From assembly GCF_009914755.1 (NCBI RefSeq), contig NC_060926.1: a stretch of 64,000 bases of DNA, one strand, 5' to 3'. The translations under genes and the position numbers were made by a program. Below, piece after piece: positions 27,143 to 42,359 of this stretch. Each line of letters starts with the position of its first letter. Within the stretch, counting starts at the first letter, position 1. Below the pieces are notes generated by a model. It saw nothing but the letters and a program-made list of their open reading frames with translations. It had not been told where the DNA came from and made no database searches. Source of the DNA: the human T2T-CHM13v2.0 reference genome, Homo sapiens.

Positions 27143-27266
27143 GAGAAGAGAAGAGAAGAGAAAGGGAGGGAGGGAAGGAGGGAGAGAAAGAAGGAAGGAA
27201 GGAAGAAAGGAAGGAAGGAAGGAAGCAAGGAAGGAAGGAAGGAAAGAAGGAAGGAAGGAAGGAAGA
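26406..27266. repeat. ~860-bp polypurine compound microsatellite (GGAA/GAAA/GGGA/GAGAA)
   Basis: Almost pure A/G on the + strand. Confidence 0.97.
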
Positions 27267-28289
27267 TCATCCCAAGAGTTTCGCCTTGTGGAGATGTGAG
27301 AGCAGCCACTTGAAGAAGCTAGGGGGATGTTTAGAGGGGCCCAGCAAGGGAGTCCCTCAAGAAATCTCAAAATGCCCACCAAAGCCAGAGGCAGCTACAG
27401 ACATCTGCCAAATACAAAAAGCCTGAAGTCAGTAGGCTTCAGGAAACTAAAAAACTTCATAGCCTGTTTCCTCTTCTTCCTGCTCCCACACCCAGGATCC
27501 ATGGAGACAAGAGCTAATGGCTGGAGAAGGAGCTGCAGGGGAGATGTGGAGAGAAGCAGCCCCTCCCCTGTCCTTGAGCAGGAAGAGAAGACTCAATGCC
27601 TCAACTGTGACTGGGCTTGTGATCACAGTGGGGGAGTACTTCGTCAACTAAAATTGAGGACAAAAGTTGAGGGTCTGCCGAGTTGACCTCAGGGGCAAAG
27701 GGAAAGGCTACCCTCACTGAGCAAGATGCAAGTGACAGTGGGAAACAAAGTGGCTTTGACGTTTGCAATACTGAGTCCTGGGTTTCCAATGTCCTGGTTT
27801 TCCCTTGGAGTGATGTTCTTTATGAACTGAAGACCCCATCCAGGCTTGGGCTTAGAGCTGAAGGGCCAGTGCAGAAGGCTCGGGCGCCAGCGTTAGATTG
27901 ATCAAATCAGCCTTCCTGGCCTGGCTGTGATCATCAGTGTGAGGGGGGGCGCTCCGCTCTCCTTGAGCCTCTGCTTCCTTATTGGACAATGGGCACGATC
28001 AGATCTGCCTCAGGGGGTTATAGCACTCCACATCTACATGCCTGTGGAAATGCAGAGGAACCATGTTTTGGAAGGATAAATAAACAAAGCTGTTTCCTGT
28101 GGTTTCTTCTGCAGACAGGAGTGGGATTGTGAGTGTGGAGAGGGAGGGGCACAGATGGGGAAGGGGAGCCCACTTTTCACCCCTTGATTCTGCATACTTT
28201 GGGTGGGATTTGGGTAAGTGGAGAAAAGGAGGAGGAGCTCTGTATGTGTGGCTTTCCCAGGGGTTAAGACACTCTTAGTGTGCCCTGGG

Positions 28290-28470
28290 CACCATGCCAA
28301 GCTCTATCACACATTTGTTTAATCCCTACAAGCACAGGATGATAAAGGTACTGGTACCATCCTTTATTTTATTCTTAAGGAAAGTGAGGCACAGGGGGAG
28401 GAAGGACCTGAGCATTAGAACCAGGATTAAATTCCAGTGATCTGTTTTCAGAACCTTCAACCATAAGCAG
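28290..28470 (-). mobile_element. MIR
   Basis: 'tttaatccctacaa...aaggaaagtgaggcacag...agaaccaggattaaattccag'. Confidence 0.65.
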
Positions 28471-28589
28471 AATGTTTGTAGAGTTATTATTATGATTACT
28501 GTTAGTGCCTAGAAGAGTTACAGTAAGCACTCAACCAATCTGTTGAATGAATGAATGAGTGAATAAATGAATGAGTGGATAAATTACAA

Positions 28590-29390
28590 ATATGCTCATT
28601 GTAGAAAGTCTGAAAAATTTAGAAAATGAGTAGAAGAAAACTAAAATTACCCAAAGTCTCATGATCCAGAGATAACCACTGTATTTTTGTATTTTTCTTC
28701 CATTTTTTCCCAAAAATAGAATTTAAATGGGAGCATTATTTACATAATTGAATTTACAATGTACAGATAGTTTTCTATCCATATTCTTTCACCTAAAATT
28801 ATCTTATGAGTATTTTCCCATGTCATTTGAAATTCTTCAAAGGCATTATTTTAATGATTGCATGATATTTCTCTGTGTAGTTATATTACAGTTTACTTAG
28901 CCACTCTGCTATGGTGGGACATTTGAGGTCCTTCCAAATAACTTTGCAGATAAACATCTTTGTACATAAATCTTTGTCCCAGTTTCTATTTCTTTGGCAG
29001 ACACTTCTAGAAGAGAAATTATGAGTCAAGCATTAGGAATGTTTTGAAGTCTCTAGGTACCTACTGCAAAATTGTTTTCCAGAAAGGTAATGCCAGTTTG
29101 CACTCCAAAAATAATGTGTAATCATGTTATTCCACTATCACCAAAACTAAGGATAATTATTTAAAGCTTTTTGCCAGTTTGATAGGTGAAAATTAAGATT
29201 TTCTAATTTCTGTATGTGTATTTATTAGCAAAGCTGAACATGTTTCTATGTTTATTGTTCATTTATAATTCTTCCTCCATAAAGTTATTTATGTCTTTAG
29301 TTCTTTTTTCCATTGTAGTATTGCTTTCTTATTGGTTTGTAAGAACTTTTTATATATGAAGGCTATAATCCTTTGTCAGATTTGTTTCAC
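28590..29390 (-). mobile_element. Old L1M (L1ME-like) 3' region
   Basis: 'atatgctcattgtagaaa...ccagagataaccactg...aaattgttttccagaaagg...tttgccagtttgataggtgaaaa'. Confidence 0.75.
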
Positions 29391-31519
29391 TGAAATTTGC
29401 TTTTGATTACAGACTCTCCAATGTTTACATCTTAACCCTTTTCTCTGGCTGTTCACAAATCAGGTGTGACTACTCTTCTGGTGACATCCTTAAAACCTTG
29501 TCACTTTACACAGCCTGTCAGAGTGTAAGTTGGCAACAAAGACACATGGTGTCAGGAGATAGCCTCATGTATCACTCAAAACTTAAGAGAATGAGGAGCC
29601 CTGCTCATCACACTGGACGTAGATTTGACCTCCGTCAACTGTATCAGCTGCCTGCCTGTTCACGTGCCCTGGGGCCAGACCATGCAGCAGACATTGAGTG
29701 GTCTGACAGGCATAGACTTGAAGTGGCATTTTACCAATCACCAACCTCAGATCACAGAACTCTGGGCTCAGCTGCAGGTGTCAGCAGCCAGGATGGAAAC
29801 CGTGAGAATGATTCGTGACAGAGAGTACCAACAGATGTTTCTTTCCCTTACAGTTGCTGATCTAACCAGTCATCTTACAGCTGGTACAGCTCTCTTGGGC
29901 CCCATGGTTTCAGAGCTGAGAGGAAGGAGCTGGAGAAGTAGCCTTTTCAATTTTCTGAAGCCTAACGGTGGAGATAAGGGCCAGACAGGTAACTTCAGAG
30001 AGCTTTAACCAATAGGGTAAAGATGATGTTAAGCTTGGGTGTGGCAGGTGGCATGACTGCCTACAAACACAAAGTTCCCGGGGTCCACATGTCATAGACT
30101 GATCCATTTATTCACTCATTCAAAACATGCTTATAGGACATGTATGAAGGGTTAAGAGAAGCCTTCCCAAAGAACATCTAGCTGGAGCTTAGTCAGAAAG
30201 GATAATTAGAAACTCAATAGGAAGGGCATTCCAGAGAAGGGAAATGGCACGTACAAAGGCCCAGAGAACAAGATAGAACTACAAGTTGTATTGTCTCAAT
30301 AAAATAAATCTCTTGAATGCAGCTGAGGGATAACTGTTGACAAGCGTGGGGAACTGCACCTCTTCAAATGAGGTATTAACATCATATCCAGATGAATGAA
30401 TATGAAATCCAGAGAGAGAAGCATCATGCTAAAGCCATCCAAGTCCTCTTCACTCTTTGAGATACATCTCAGGGTACCCCCATCCTCTGGCATGCTTGCC
30501 CCCCATCACTGGTCAGATGCTCCTCCCTGGGGGCACATATTCCCCCAGAATTCCCCCTTCCAGCCCATCACATGTAAGTGTTGTAATTTTTCGTTTATTT
30601 GATTGATTCGGCCTCAAGCCTAGGAGTCCCTTGAGAGAAAGCCTGTGTCATGTTCTTTATAAATACCCAGGGCTGACAGAGGCCTGGACTTGAAAAAGGC
30701 CTTAGAAATCCATTTGCTACTAAAAAAACCTAGGTTCAGAGAAAGTTATCCAATGTGCTTACAGCAAAAGGCAGGGCCTAGTTTCAGATCCATGTCTCTA
30801 GGTTCACCACCTAGGGAGCCCCTGTTTATCTTCAGTAGGGAGGGGAAGGGGACAAGGTTCCACTCTTGAGATGGAACAGCCACAAAGGCAGGGGAGTTGG
30901 CGAACTTGGGTAAACATAGATCCTGCATTGGTGAGGTGTGACACCTCCAGACGCGTTCCCTGCCCTCCCGCCCTCCCCAAGTCTCCCTGGGCTACTGGGT
31001 TAAAGACAGGTTGGACGACAGCAGCGTCAGCGTCCGTTTTCTGTAAGGAGCACCCAGGGAGCTGTTGTGAATGAGTCTGCTGTCACCGGGCAGACAGCCC
31101 CCGCTTCAAGGGCAAGGCCAAGCCACACCTTTTCACACGGAAACTTGATGAGGGCACAAGTTACAGGGCAAAAGAGCCAATTATAATACTGTTTTATGGA
31201 CTCACTTTAAAATCCTCCTCAGAGAAAAGAGATGTTTTACCTCCAAATTTACTTAATGACAAGTGAGTGACTAAGTATTGAGATCATGGGAGCTGTGAAG
31301 GCCACACTATGAATTTAGCCTATTTGGGGAAACACTGAAGACAATGAATGACCTTTTGGGGCTCTTAGCACCTTTGCTCTGAGCAGGGTTTTTAGGTGAG
31401 TCCATAAGAAAGTAATTATAATTGGCCAGTTTTCCCTTCATTGAAAAATCCACAGGTTACATCTTTCTCATTCATGACTCCTGGCATCTCCAGGAGGCCA
31501 CATCCTGGTGAATAATCAA

Positions 31520-32680
31520 AGGGCTTTTCTGACCTGTGACTTGCTATCTGCATTCTGATTTCGATTTTTTTTCTCCTGCTCTGGAAAATTCTAGGATTCC
31601 ATCTTGATGCACAATGTTCTAAAAATTCACGTTTCTTGGTATGTGCATGTATGTGTGCATGTGGATATATGTGTGCATGTGTGTGTGTGTGTGGTGCATG
31701 ATGTGTGCTGTATGTGGTGTGTGTGTGTGTGGTCTGTGTGGTGTTGTGTGGTGTGTGTATATGTGTACTGGGCATTCTATGGACCCTTTCAATCAGGAAA
31801 CTTATGTCCTTTAGTTCTAGAAAAACTTCCAGTGTTGATTCTTTGAAGATTCCCTTCCCTTTACTACATTTTCCTTTTTAAAAAAATGTTTTGGAAACCT
31901 ATTAATAAAATGTTGGACATCCTGACTGATTATCTTTATCCTATTTTTCATCTCCTTGTATATTTCTTCTTCTATCATGGAAATTTCATCAATATATATT
32001 CCAAACTTTCTATTACATTTTTGACATTACGATTCCATTTTTAATTCCCAGCAGCTCCTTATTGTTTTCTGGATGTTCTTTTTTATAGTCTCCTGTTCTT
32101 GTTTTATAGATACAATCTACTTTATTACACTGATTGTATTAATTTTTATAATTTTGCTGCTCCTGCATTTTCTTTTATCCAGCATTCATATTAGAGGTTT
32201 ACATGTGTGGTGATCCTTGGCTTGCTATCCACATTTATGTGACTGGTATTAGAAGCCAACTGGAAGCTCTGTATGCATGAGTGAGGTATATTGGGGAAGA
32301 CTTCACTATAGGTGAAAATGTGCTGAACCAACTTTTTATTAGGATCCCTCGATAATTGGTCAGTTGTTTTAGTTAGCAAAACCAAACTCCCGCTGGGTAG
32401 CGCAAATTCTGGAGGCCAGTTTTCAGGAAGCTCAGTGGCACAAGAGGGATGGGTAAGAATGGAGTCTCATTGTTCAAAACGTACACTTGCCCTCAATTCC
32501 CTATTCTTAACATGGCAACCCCTTCATATTGCTGGTGTCCTCAGGTTAGAGGTCCTTCCACTCTTTGTTTCAGCGTTGACCTCCACTGCACTGCTGGAGA
32601 AGGGCAGGGCTGGTTGCCTGCTGCATGGAATGGGAGAAGAAATTACAAGGTCTACCTGATCTTTATAAAGACTTTTGAAC
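31520..32680 (-). mobile_element. HAL1/old L1M ORF1-region fragment (left part)
   Basis: 'ccctttcaatcaggaaacttatgtcctttagttctagaaa...tgttggacatcctg' resembles reversed HAL1/L1M. Confidence 0.55.
31640..31766. repeat. Degenerate (TG)n/(TGG)n
   Basis: Read directly. Confidence 0.85.
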
Positions 32681-32693
32681 TGTGTTACTACTT

Positions 32694-35270
<2,577 letters not shown>

Positions 35271-35333
35271 CCCTATGTTTCAGGTTATTAGTCATAGTAA
35301 AGTGGCCAGAGAAGCCATTTGGAATATTTTTCT

Positions 35334-35483
35334 AGTTTTTTAGAGAGTGTTTTTCTTTCCTAAGTAGAGACAGGGGTCTCACTCCATTGTCCATGCTAGT
35401 CTTGAACTCCTGGACCCAAATGATTCTCCCACCTTGATTTCCCAAATTGCTACGATTACAGGCATGAACCACTGCACCCACGC
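35334..35483 (-). mobile_element. FLAM (free left Alu monomer)
   Basis: Single left monomer; perfect 14-bp TSD tggaatatttttct (35320-35333 / 35484-35497). Confidence 0.88.
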
Positions 35484-36169
35484 TGGAATATTTTTCTTGC
35501 TATGGAATTCAAAGAATAGTACAGAAATGAAGAAATTCTGGTCTCTTTATTAAGAACTTTAAGTCATCAATTTTTAACCACGTGTTACATACCAGCTACA
35601 GAGCTGGATGCTGGGATACAGATATGTTTGCTCTCAGCAAATTCATGGTTGTGCTGGGGAGGCCGGCATGTCAAAGATCCAGGGTGAGCATCAATCTGTG
35701 CAGGGATGTGAATGTGTGGTGATGGCAGAGAATGTACAAGTCTGTGTGGTAGGAGGCACAGGCAAGCCCCTTCTTCCTACAATGCTCTGAGATCTGGAGC
35801 CACACTCCTTCCTGCTCACACATGAAAACATGTATGCTTATACCAACATCAACAGACAGCATCCCACAGGAGCAAGATAAGGCACACGGATCCTAGATGT
35901 GCTCAATAAATATTTATCGAGCAAGTAAAAGACCTAGGTCTAAATGCAAGCTCCACAACACGTTGACTGTGTAACTACAGAGGTGTGCATTTGAAAAGCA
36001 TGTTAGAGGGAATGATTTACTCCACATATGGTGGATTAGGGCGGTGTGTGACAGAGTTGTGCCTTTTATTTCTATTAAGCTCTGAGATAATGCTTTTACA
36101 TGTATCCACACACTAATGTTTAAGTTCTATCTATCTATGTCTCTCTGTGTATCTCTCTCCTTCTTATAG

Positions 36170-36208
36170 ACACACACACACAGACACACACACACACACA
36201 CACACACA
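36170..36208. repeat. (CA)n microsatellite
   Basis: Read directly. Confidence 0.92.
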
Positions 36209-36974
36209 TTACATCACAAGGCTCCTGCCCAGAAATTCTGAGTCATATGAATTTGTAGTACAGAAGTCTGCAAATTACAATGTGAGAAACCCCACTGTCT
36301 ATAACGGAGTCCACAACAAAGGACAAGTCAGTAGAAGGAAAGAGAATGCCAAGAAGACAGGATATTTTTGGGCACACATCAGCCAGGAACCAGCCCCAGC
36401 AGCAGCAGAAAATGAAAAATCCCACCTGGGGAATTCTTACAACACACAAGCTAGAGAAGGAAGTGGGGGACCAAGGGGTGGGGAAGGTTGTGGGGCAACG
36501 GGGACAATGTACAACCTTCTTGGAAAAACCAACAGGTTGCTCTCAACAAAGCAAAAGGTGCCAGTGGAGAAACAGATTTGAAGGGGCACGTATGCTTGAA
36601 AGGGATAACTCGGAGTTTTTGAGGAAGAATTGGAGTGACAAAGAGAGGAGAGTGTGGAGACTTCTGATAGAGGACCAGGCAGCCAGGGACTCCCAGGCCG
36701 CCGAGTGCCAAGAACGGAGAGTGTGTTAAAGCCTGCTGTGACAAAGGGGAAGCTTAATATCAAGCTGCTATCAGTGACAGCAGAGAGGGCGTCCCCAGTG
36801 CCACCAGGGCAAAAGGAACGGGAGGAGTGAGGCTTAGGGCAGCCATGGGAAAAGCAAGCATTATGCACACACCATGACCTGTTTCCCAGCCTGCTATGAA
36901 GAGAGACTCTTTGGTCAATCCAACAAGAAACTGAGAGGGAAAAAGAAGGTCTTAGAATCTTAGGGGACATTAGA

Positions 36975-37160
36975 GGCACAGAGCAGCTTTTCTTACATTA
37001 CTCTCCTTGTCAGGAAGTGGTATACACCATTGAAGAGATGAAGTCCAGAGAGGCGAAGAACCTTGCACAAAGTTGCACAGCAAATTAGAGGCAAAGTTAG
37101 GATCAGAATCCAGGTTTCCTGACTCTTAGTCCAGAGTTTATTCTCCCAGTATTTTCCTTA
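36975..37160 (-). mobile_element. MIR
   Basis: 'agagatgaagtccagagaggcgaagaaccttgcacaaagttgcacagc...agaatccagg'. Confidence 0.65.
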
Positions 37161-37377
37161 GCAACCAATCCATCACTTTAGTAGATCTTACAGTTCCCAT
37201 GACACCATGGGGTCCTGGTCAAATCCTATCCCCAGGCCCTAATTCCGTTTCACACCCAGGGCAGCACAGCATTCAGAGCAGACAGGTCACAGGTTTTAAT
37301 GGTGGGCTCACCTTTTGCCTACCTTTATTTTCCCAGTCACTCTCTTCTACCTCATTCCCATTTATCTCCTTTATAGG

Positions 37378-37794
37378 TGTATTAGGCTGTTCTTGCATGG
37401 TTATAAAGAAGTGCCTGAGACTGGGTAATTTATAAAGTTAAAAGGTTTAATTGGTTCACAGTTCTACAGGCTTTACAGGATGCATAGCAGTATCTGCTTC
37501 TGGGGAGGCCCCAGGAGGCTTCTAATCATGATAGAAGGTAAACAGGGAGCAGGCACGTCACATGGCCAGAGTAGGAGCAAGAGAGAGAGGGAGGAGGTGC
37601 CACACCCTTTTAAACAACCAGATCTTGTGACAACTCATTCACTAATGCAAGGACAGCACCAAGCGAATGATGCTAAACCATTCATGAGAAATCTGCCCCC
37701 CTGAACCAGTCACCTCCCGCCAGGACCCACCTTCAACATTGGAGATTACGTTCAACATGAGATTTGGGCAGGGACACACATCCAAACTCTATCA
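37378..37794 (-). mobile_element. MaLR solo LTR (MSTA-like)
   Basis: tgtattagg...ctgagactgggtaatttataaag...ccaaactctatca; 5-bp TSD atagg/acagg. Confidence 0.9.
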
Positions 37795-38004
37795 ACAGGG
37801 CTTATCTGCATCTGGAATCACTCTGCTAGTTTGCTGGCATGTCTCTGGGTTTGTTGTCTCTCTTTCCCCAACTAGAATACAAGGCCAGAGATTTTTTTTT
37901 TTTTTTGAGACAGCAGAGATTTTACATGTTTTCACTGTGCTAGAATAGTGCCTGGAATATGCACACTAAGAACCCAATAAACACAGACTGAGTGAACAAA
38001 TCAA

Positions 38005-38200
38005 TGAAAACCCAATTCTGAATGTTAGCTTCATCACTTACTAGCTGTGTGATCTTAGCCATGTGACTTAACCTCTCTGAGCCTCAGTTTTCTTAGCTGT
38101 AAAATAGGGATAGTAAGAGCCACTTTGCAGGTTAAGTCAAGATAATTTATTACTATTGGTACAGCTTATCTGGCACATCATATTCATAAGCACGATACAT
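38005..38200 (+). mobile_element. MIR
   Basis: 'cacttactagctgtgtgatctt...acttaacctctctgagcctcagtttt...tgtaaaatagggata'. Confidence 0.85.
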
Positions 38201-38816
38201 GGTTGCTGGCTGTCACTGCTGATATCTGCACAATTGCCCAACTTGGTCTTAAAAACAAATGTCCTGTATTGTCAGTAATTAGAAAGATGTCAGTGAGCTG
38301 GGATGTGAACTTTCATCCACACTCCACCAAGAGCCTACCTCATGAGCCACTCTAAAACTAGACTCCCTGTCCCCTTGACTAGTGCAATATCAGGCATGGC
38401 CATCCCCTGCCCTGGCCACGGGCTGCTGCCCCTGCCTCAAAGGCAGTCTGCTGTAGCTGTCTCTGCTCTCCAACCCAGGCCAGTGAGGTTTTACTTTAGA
38501 GTTTTAGGAGAATCTGAGCCTCAGTTTCCCACTCCCTGAGGGAGGGGAGAATGAGAGGCTGTGTAAATGACTCCCCTCTGGGTAGCCAGGGAGGGAGACA
38601 ATGGGGAGAAGCCACCCGACAAGGACCCAGTGTAGCAGGAGGCCTCTCTTCCAGAACCAGCAGTTCTGCAAACAGAGATGATAAGGAGAAGGGTGCTGTC
38701 TCCACAGCATGATTTAAATGGCCTGAGAGAGTCCCTCTATTCAGAGACATGACCCGAAAGAAGACTCTAGTATTAGGAAATCTCAACACTCAAATAATAG
38801 CATTAACTTATCCACA

Positions 38817-39760
38817 CTACAGAGTGGGAGAAAATATTTCTAAACTATGCATCCGACAAAGGTCTAATATCCAGAATCTATAAGGAACTTAAACAAATTT
38901 ACAAGCAAAAAACAAACAACCCCTTAAAAAGTGGGCAAAGAACATGAACAGACACTTTGCAAAAGAAGACATACACATGGCCAACAAGCAAATGAAAAAA
39001 TACTCCACATCACTAATCATTAGAGGAATGCAAATCAAAACCAAAGTGAGATACCATCTCACACCAGTCAGAATGGTGATTATTAGAAAGTCAAAAAATA
39101 ACAGATGCTGGCAATGCTGTGGAGAAAGGGAACACTTATGCACTGTTTTTGGGAACATACATTAGCTCAGCTATGGTAAAAAGTAGTTTGGTGATTTCTC
39201 AGAGAACTTAAAATAGAATTACCCTTCAACCCAGCAATCTCATTATTGGGTATACATACAAAGAAAAATAAATCATTCTACCATAAAGACACATGCATGT
39301 GTATGTTTATCACAGCACTATTCACAATAGCAAAGACATGGAATCAACCTAAATGCCCATCAACAGTAGACTGGATTTTTTAAATGTGATACATAACAGT
39401 GGAATGCTATGCAGCCATAAAAAAAGAATGCGATCATGTTTTCTGCAGCAGCATGGATGGAGTTAGAGGCCATTATCCTAAGCAAACTAACAAAAACAGA
39501 AAACCAAATACTACATGCTCTCACTTATAAGTGGGAGCTAAACATAGAGTACACATGGACACATAGACAGAAACAACAGACACCGAGGCCTACTTGAGGG
39601 TGGAGGGAGGAGGAGGGTAAGGATTGAAAAACTACCTATCACATACTACGTTTATTACCTGGGTAACAAAATAATCTGTACAGCAAACCTCCATGACACA
39701 CAGTTTACTAACATAATTAACCTGCACATGTACCCCTGAACCTAAAAGTCTTTTTAAAAG
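38817..39760 (+). mobile_element. 5'-truncated L1PA15/16-like 3' end
   Basis: ORF2 remnant [19 protein letters not shown]...RYHLTPVRM; 3'UTR 'gattgaaaaactacctatc...cctgcacatgtacccctgaacctaaaa'. Confidence 0.92.
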
Positions 39761-40254
39761 GTAGTACCTAGAAAATGCTTCTCAAATTTAAAAACTCCTT
39801 CCATTCACCGACTCATGCATTCACAAATATTTATTGAGCACTCACTCTGTGCCAAGCACTGTTCATCCTTAACACAGTGATACAGGCACATTGCCCTCTC
39901 ATTAGTAAAGGGCCTTGTATTTGAAGCAAAATAAAAAATGATTTAATGAAATCTCCACCTTCCAGAAATGTATCCTAAGAGATTCACCCAGAAAGAATAC
40001 AAGGTTTATTCAATTAAACTGAGATTCAAACGAACTAAAACTTACAATCATGCCTATAGCCTAAAACCAAAGGACTAAAATAGTGCCTACAACACACATA
40101 ACGGAAAGAACAAAACGTTAAGTAAAAAATAAATAATGCAGAGATAATATTAAGTATTTTTAGGTAATCTTTGGCAGGTAAGCAGCATTTTTGCAGCAGT
40201 CTTCCAGGGTGCTTGCCTTAAAAAGAACTGGGTCCACAGTATTATGTCCTAAAA

Positions 40255-40490
40255 ATGACAAAATAACTTTGGAGTTCAGATAGCTCTGGGTTTGAATCCC
40301 AGTCCTGTTACGTATTAGCTGTGTGACCTTGGTTTAGTCAATTAGCCTCTGTGAATTTCAGCTTTCTCACCTGGAAAATGGGAAGCATAATTCTTATTTT
40401 ATAGTGTTGTTAATAGAATCAAATGAAATACATATGTAAAGTGCTTCACACAATGCCTAGCACATAGTAAGTGCAAAATAAATGTACACT
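40255..40490 (+). mobile_element. MIR
   Basis: 'ctgggtttgaatcccag...tagctgtgtgaccttgg...tgtaaagtgctt...gcacatagtaagtgc'. Confidence 0.88.
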
Positions 40491-40881
40491 ATAGTTTCAG
40501 TTACTATTGCTAAGTAAAAAAAAAGTCCTCAAAAATCAGTAGCCTAAAACAATAACCATTTTAATTTGCTCGTGAGTTTATAAATCAGAAACTTGAGAAA
40601 GTCTTAACCTACACGTGGCCTCTGCAGCACGGAGTTCTCAGGTTAGCTGGAATTCCTACATGGCATCTGACTTTTCCCAGAGTAAATATCACAAGAGGAC
40701 CAGGAGGAAGTTGCAAGACTTTTTCTTGCCCTTCTTTGAAAGTCAATAGCATCACTTCTGACAAAGTCGATTGATCAAAGCTGTCACAAGTCAATCCATA
40801 CTTAAGAAGAGAGGACACAGACCTCACTTTTCAATAAGGAGAGCATCAAAGAATGTGGGCACCATGTTGAAAACAGCCACA
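40491..40881 (-). mobile_element. Old MaLR LTR (MLT1H/K-like)
   Basis: 'cagttactattgct...aaaatcagtagcctaaaacaataaccatt...agcatcacttctg...aaaacagccaca'. Confidence 0.65.
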
Positions 40882-41020
40882 ATGACTATTTTTATCTGGT
40901 AGATCCAATAAATGCACCATTTATCCCACATGTCACCCCTTTAAGTAGACATAGGGCTCAAGGGAAGTGTGAATCATGACTTGTTAGGAAACCCTTGTTT
41001 CTTACTGTTCTAAAACATAA

Positions 41021-41551
41021 TGTACTAATAGAAAATGTGAACTGTATTAAGGTCAACAGGCCAGGAGACGACTGCCATTGAAAAGATAGTTTGTTACTCA
41101 CAGTTCCCAAGAGGAAGAAGCATGCCATGCAAGGCCATCCGGGAAACACTGGGGTAGACAGGAGGCAGGGGAAAAGACAACTCGGGAGTAAGAGCCTTTT
41201 TGTGGTGCCTCTGAGAAGGAACAGGCAAGGCAGGGTCAGCAGGCTTAGAGTTGGCCAGTTTGCATAATTTCGGCAGATTCTGGGGTGCAGGGACTGTCCC
41301 TAGTTGTCTGGTATCTGGCCCTGGAGTGATTAGGGGAGGTGGATAGTGGTGTGGATTGTGAGAGTGATTAGAGGAGGTGGCTGGGAGTGTGGAGTCTGGA
41401 TTGGTTGGTGTGTATCTGAAAAACATGCCCTTGATGAGTTATTTATCTCTAGAAATTGGCTCACCCTGAGAGGGGCAATGCCTCCAAAGTCAGCAATACC
41501 TCAAAATGTCAGAGCACCATAGTAAAGAAGATAAAATCCATGGTGAATACA
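41021..41551 (-). mobile_element. ERVL solo LTR (MER74/MER54-like)
   Basis: 'aggagacgactgccattgaaaagatagtttgttactcacagttcccaagag...ggactgtccctagttgtctgg'. Confidence 0.65.
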
Positions 41552-42359
41552 CACATGAAGGATACACCTGCTACGGTCTAGTGGGCCCTGGTGTGGCCTA
41601 TGCTGCTCAGTTCAGGAATGCCCTCTACCACAACCCTGAGAGGCAGCCCTGCACTCCTTTCTGCAACTCCTCCAGTGAGTGACTACTCCCTACTCTGTCT
41701 CCCTGTCCACCCGTGCTCAGAGAAGGGCTGTTTCTACCCACCCTGAGGATATGACATTTCCATGAATGCAGTCCTGCCACCCCCTGCTGCTGCTGCAGTC
41801 ATAACAAAGATAAGAATGGAAGGGAAGCCCTTCTCTTAAGAAACTCAATGGCATGTGACAAGAAGCTTTCTAAACATCATCTCATGTGGCCAACACTTCA
41901 AAACCCCCAGCCCTCCCCCAAATCATTCTGGCCCTTGATCCAGTTTTAAATGAGCCTTTTGGTGCCAGGAGCTTGTTAGACATCTGGTTCCACTTGACTT
42001 TGCAGGGGGGTTGCTAAGGGTGGGAATGCATCTACCTCAACTCAAACCAAATCCTCCAACTTAGAAGCACAGATCAACTCAGATCCCACAGAACTGCATT
42101 TCAAAGCCATATGGGAAGGCCAGACAATGGAGATGGAGAGAGATAAACACCAAGTCAGACCCACATCCATAGAGCCTAGCAATGGTGGGCACTTGGCCCT
42201 GCTCTCAGCCAGACCAACCCACCCACTGTATCAGGAGGTGCCCAGACCAGAAGCCCTGGAGTCAGCCAAGCCCCCACCACCCCCCCACCAACCTCCTCTT
42301 CTCCCTGCCAACAGTCATCAAGTCTACATACATGCCCCTCTGGCATCCATTTATTCCTG

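Noticed and set aside
26293-27426. Long ORFs of 174-345 aa (F/L/S/P-rich and K/E/R/G-rich)
   Set aside because: Stop-free translations of the purine microsatellite; not evidence of genes
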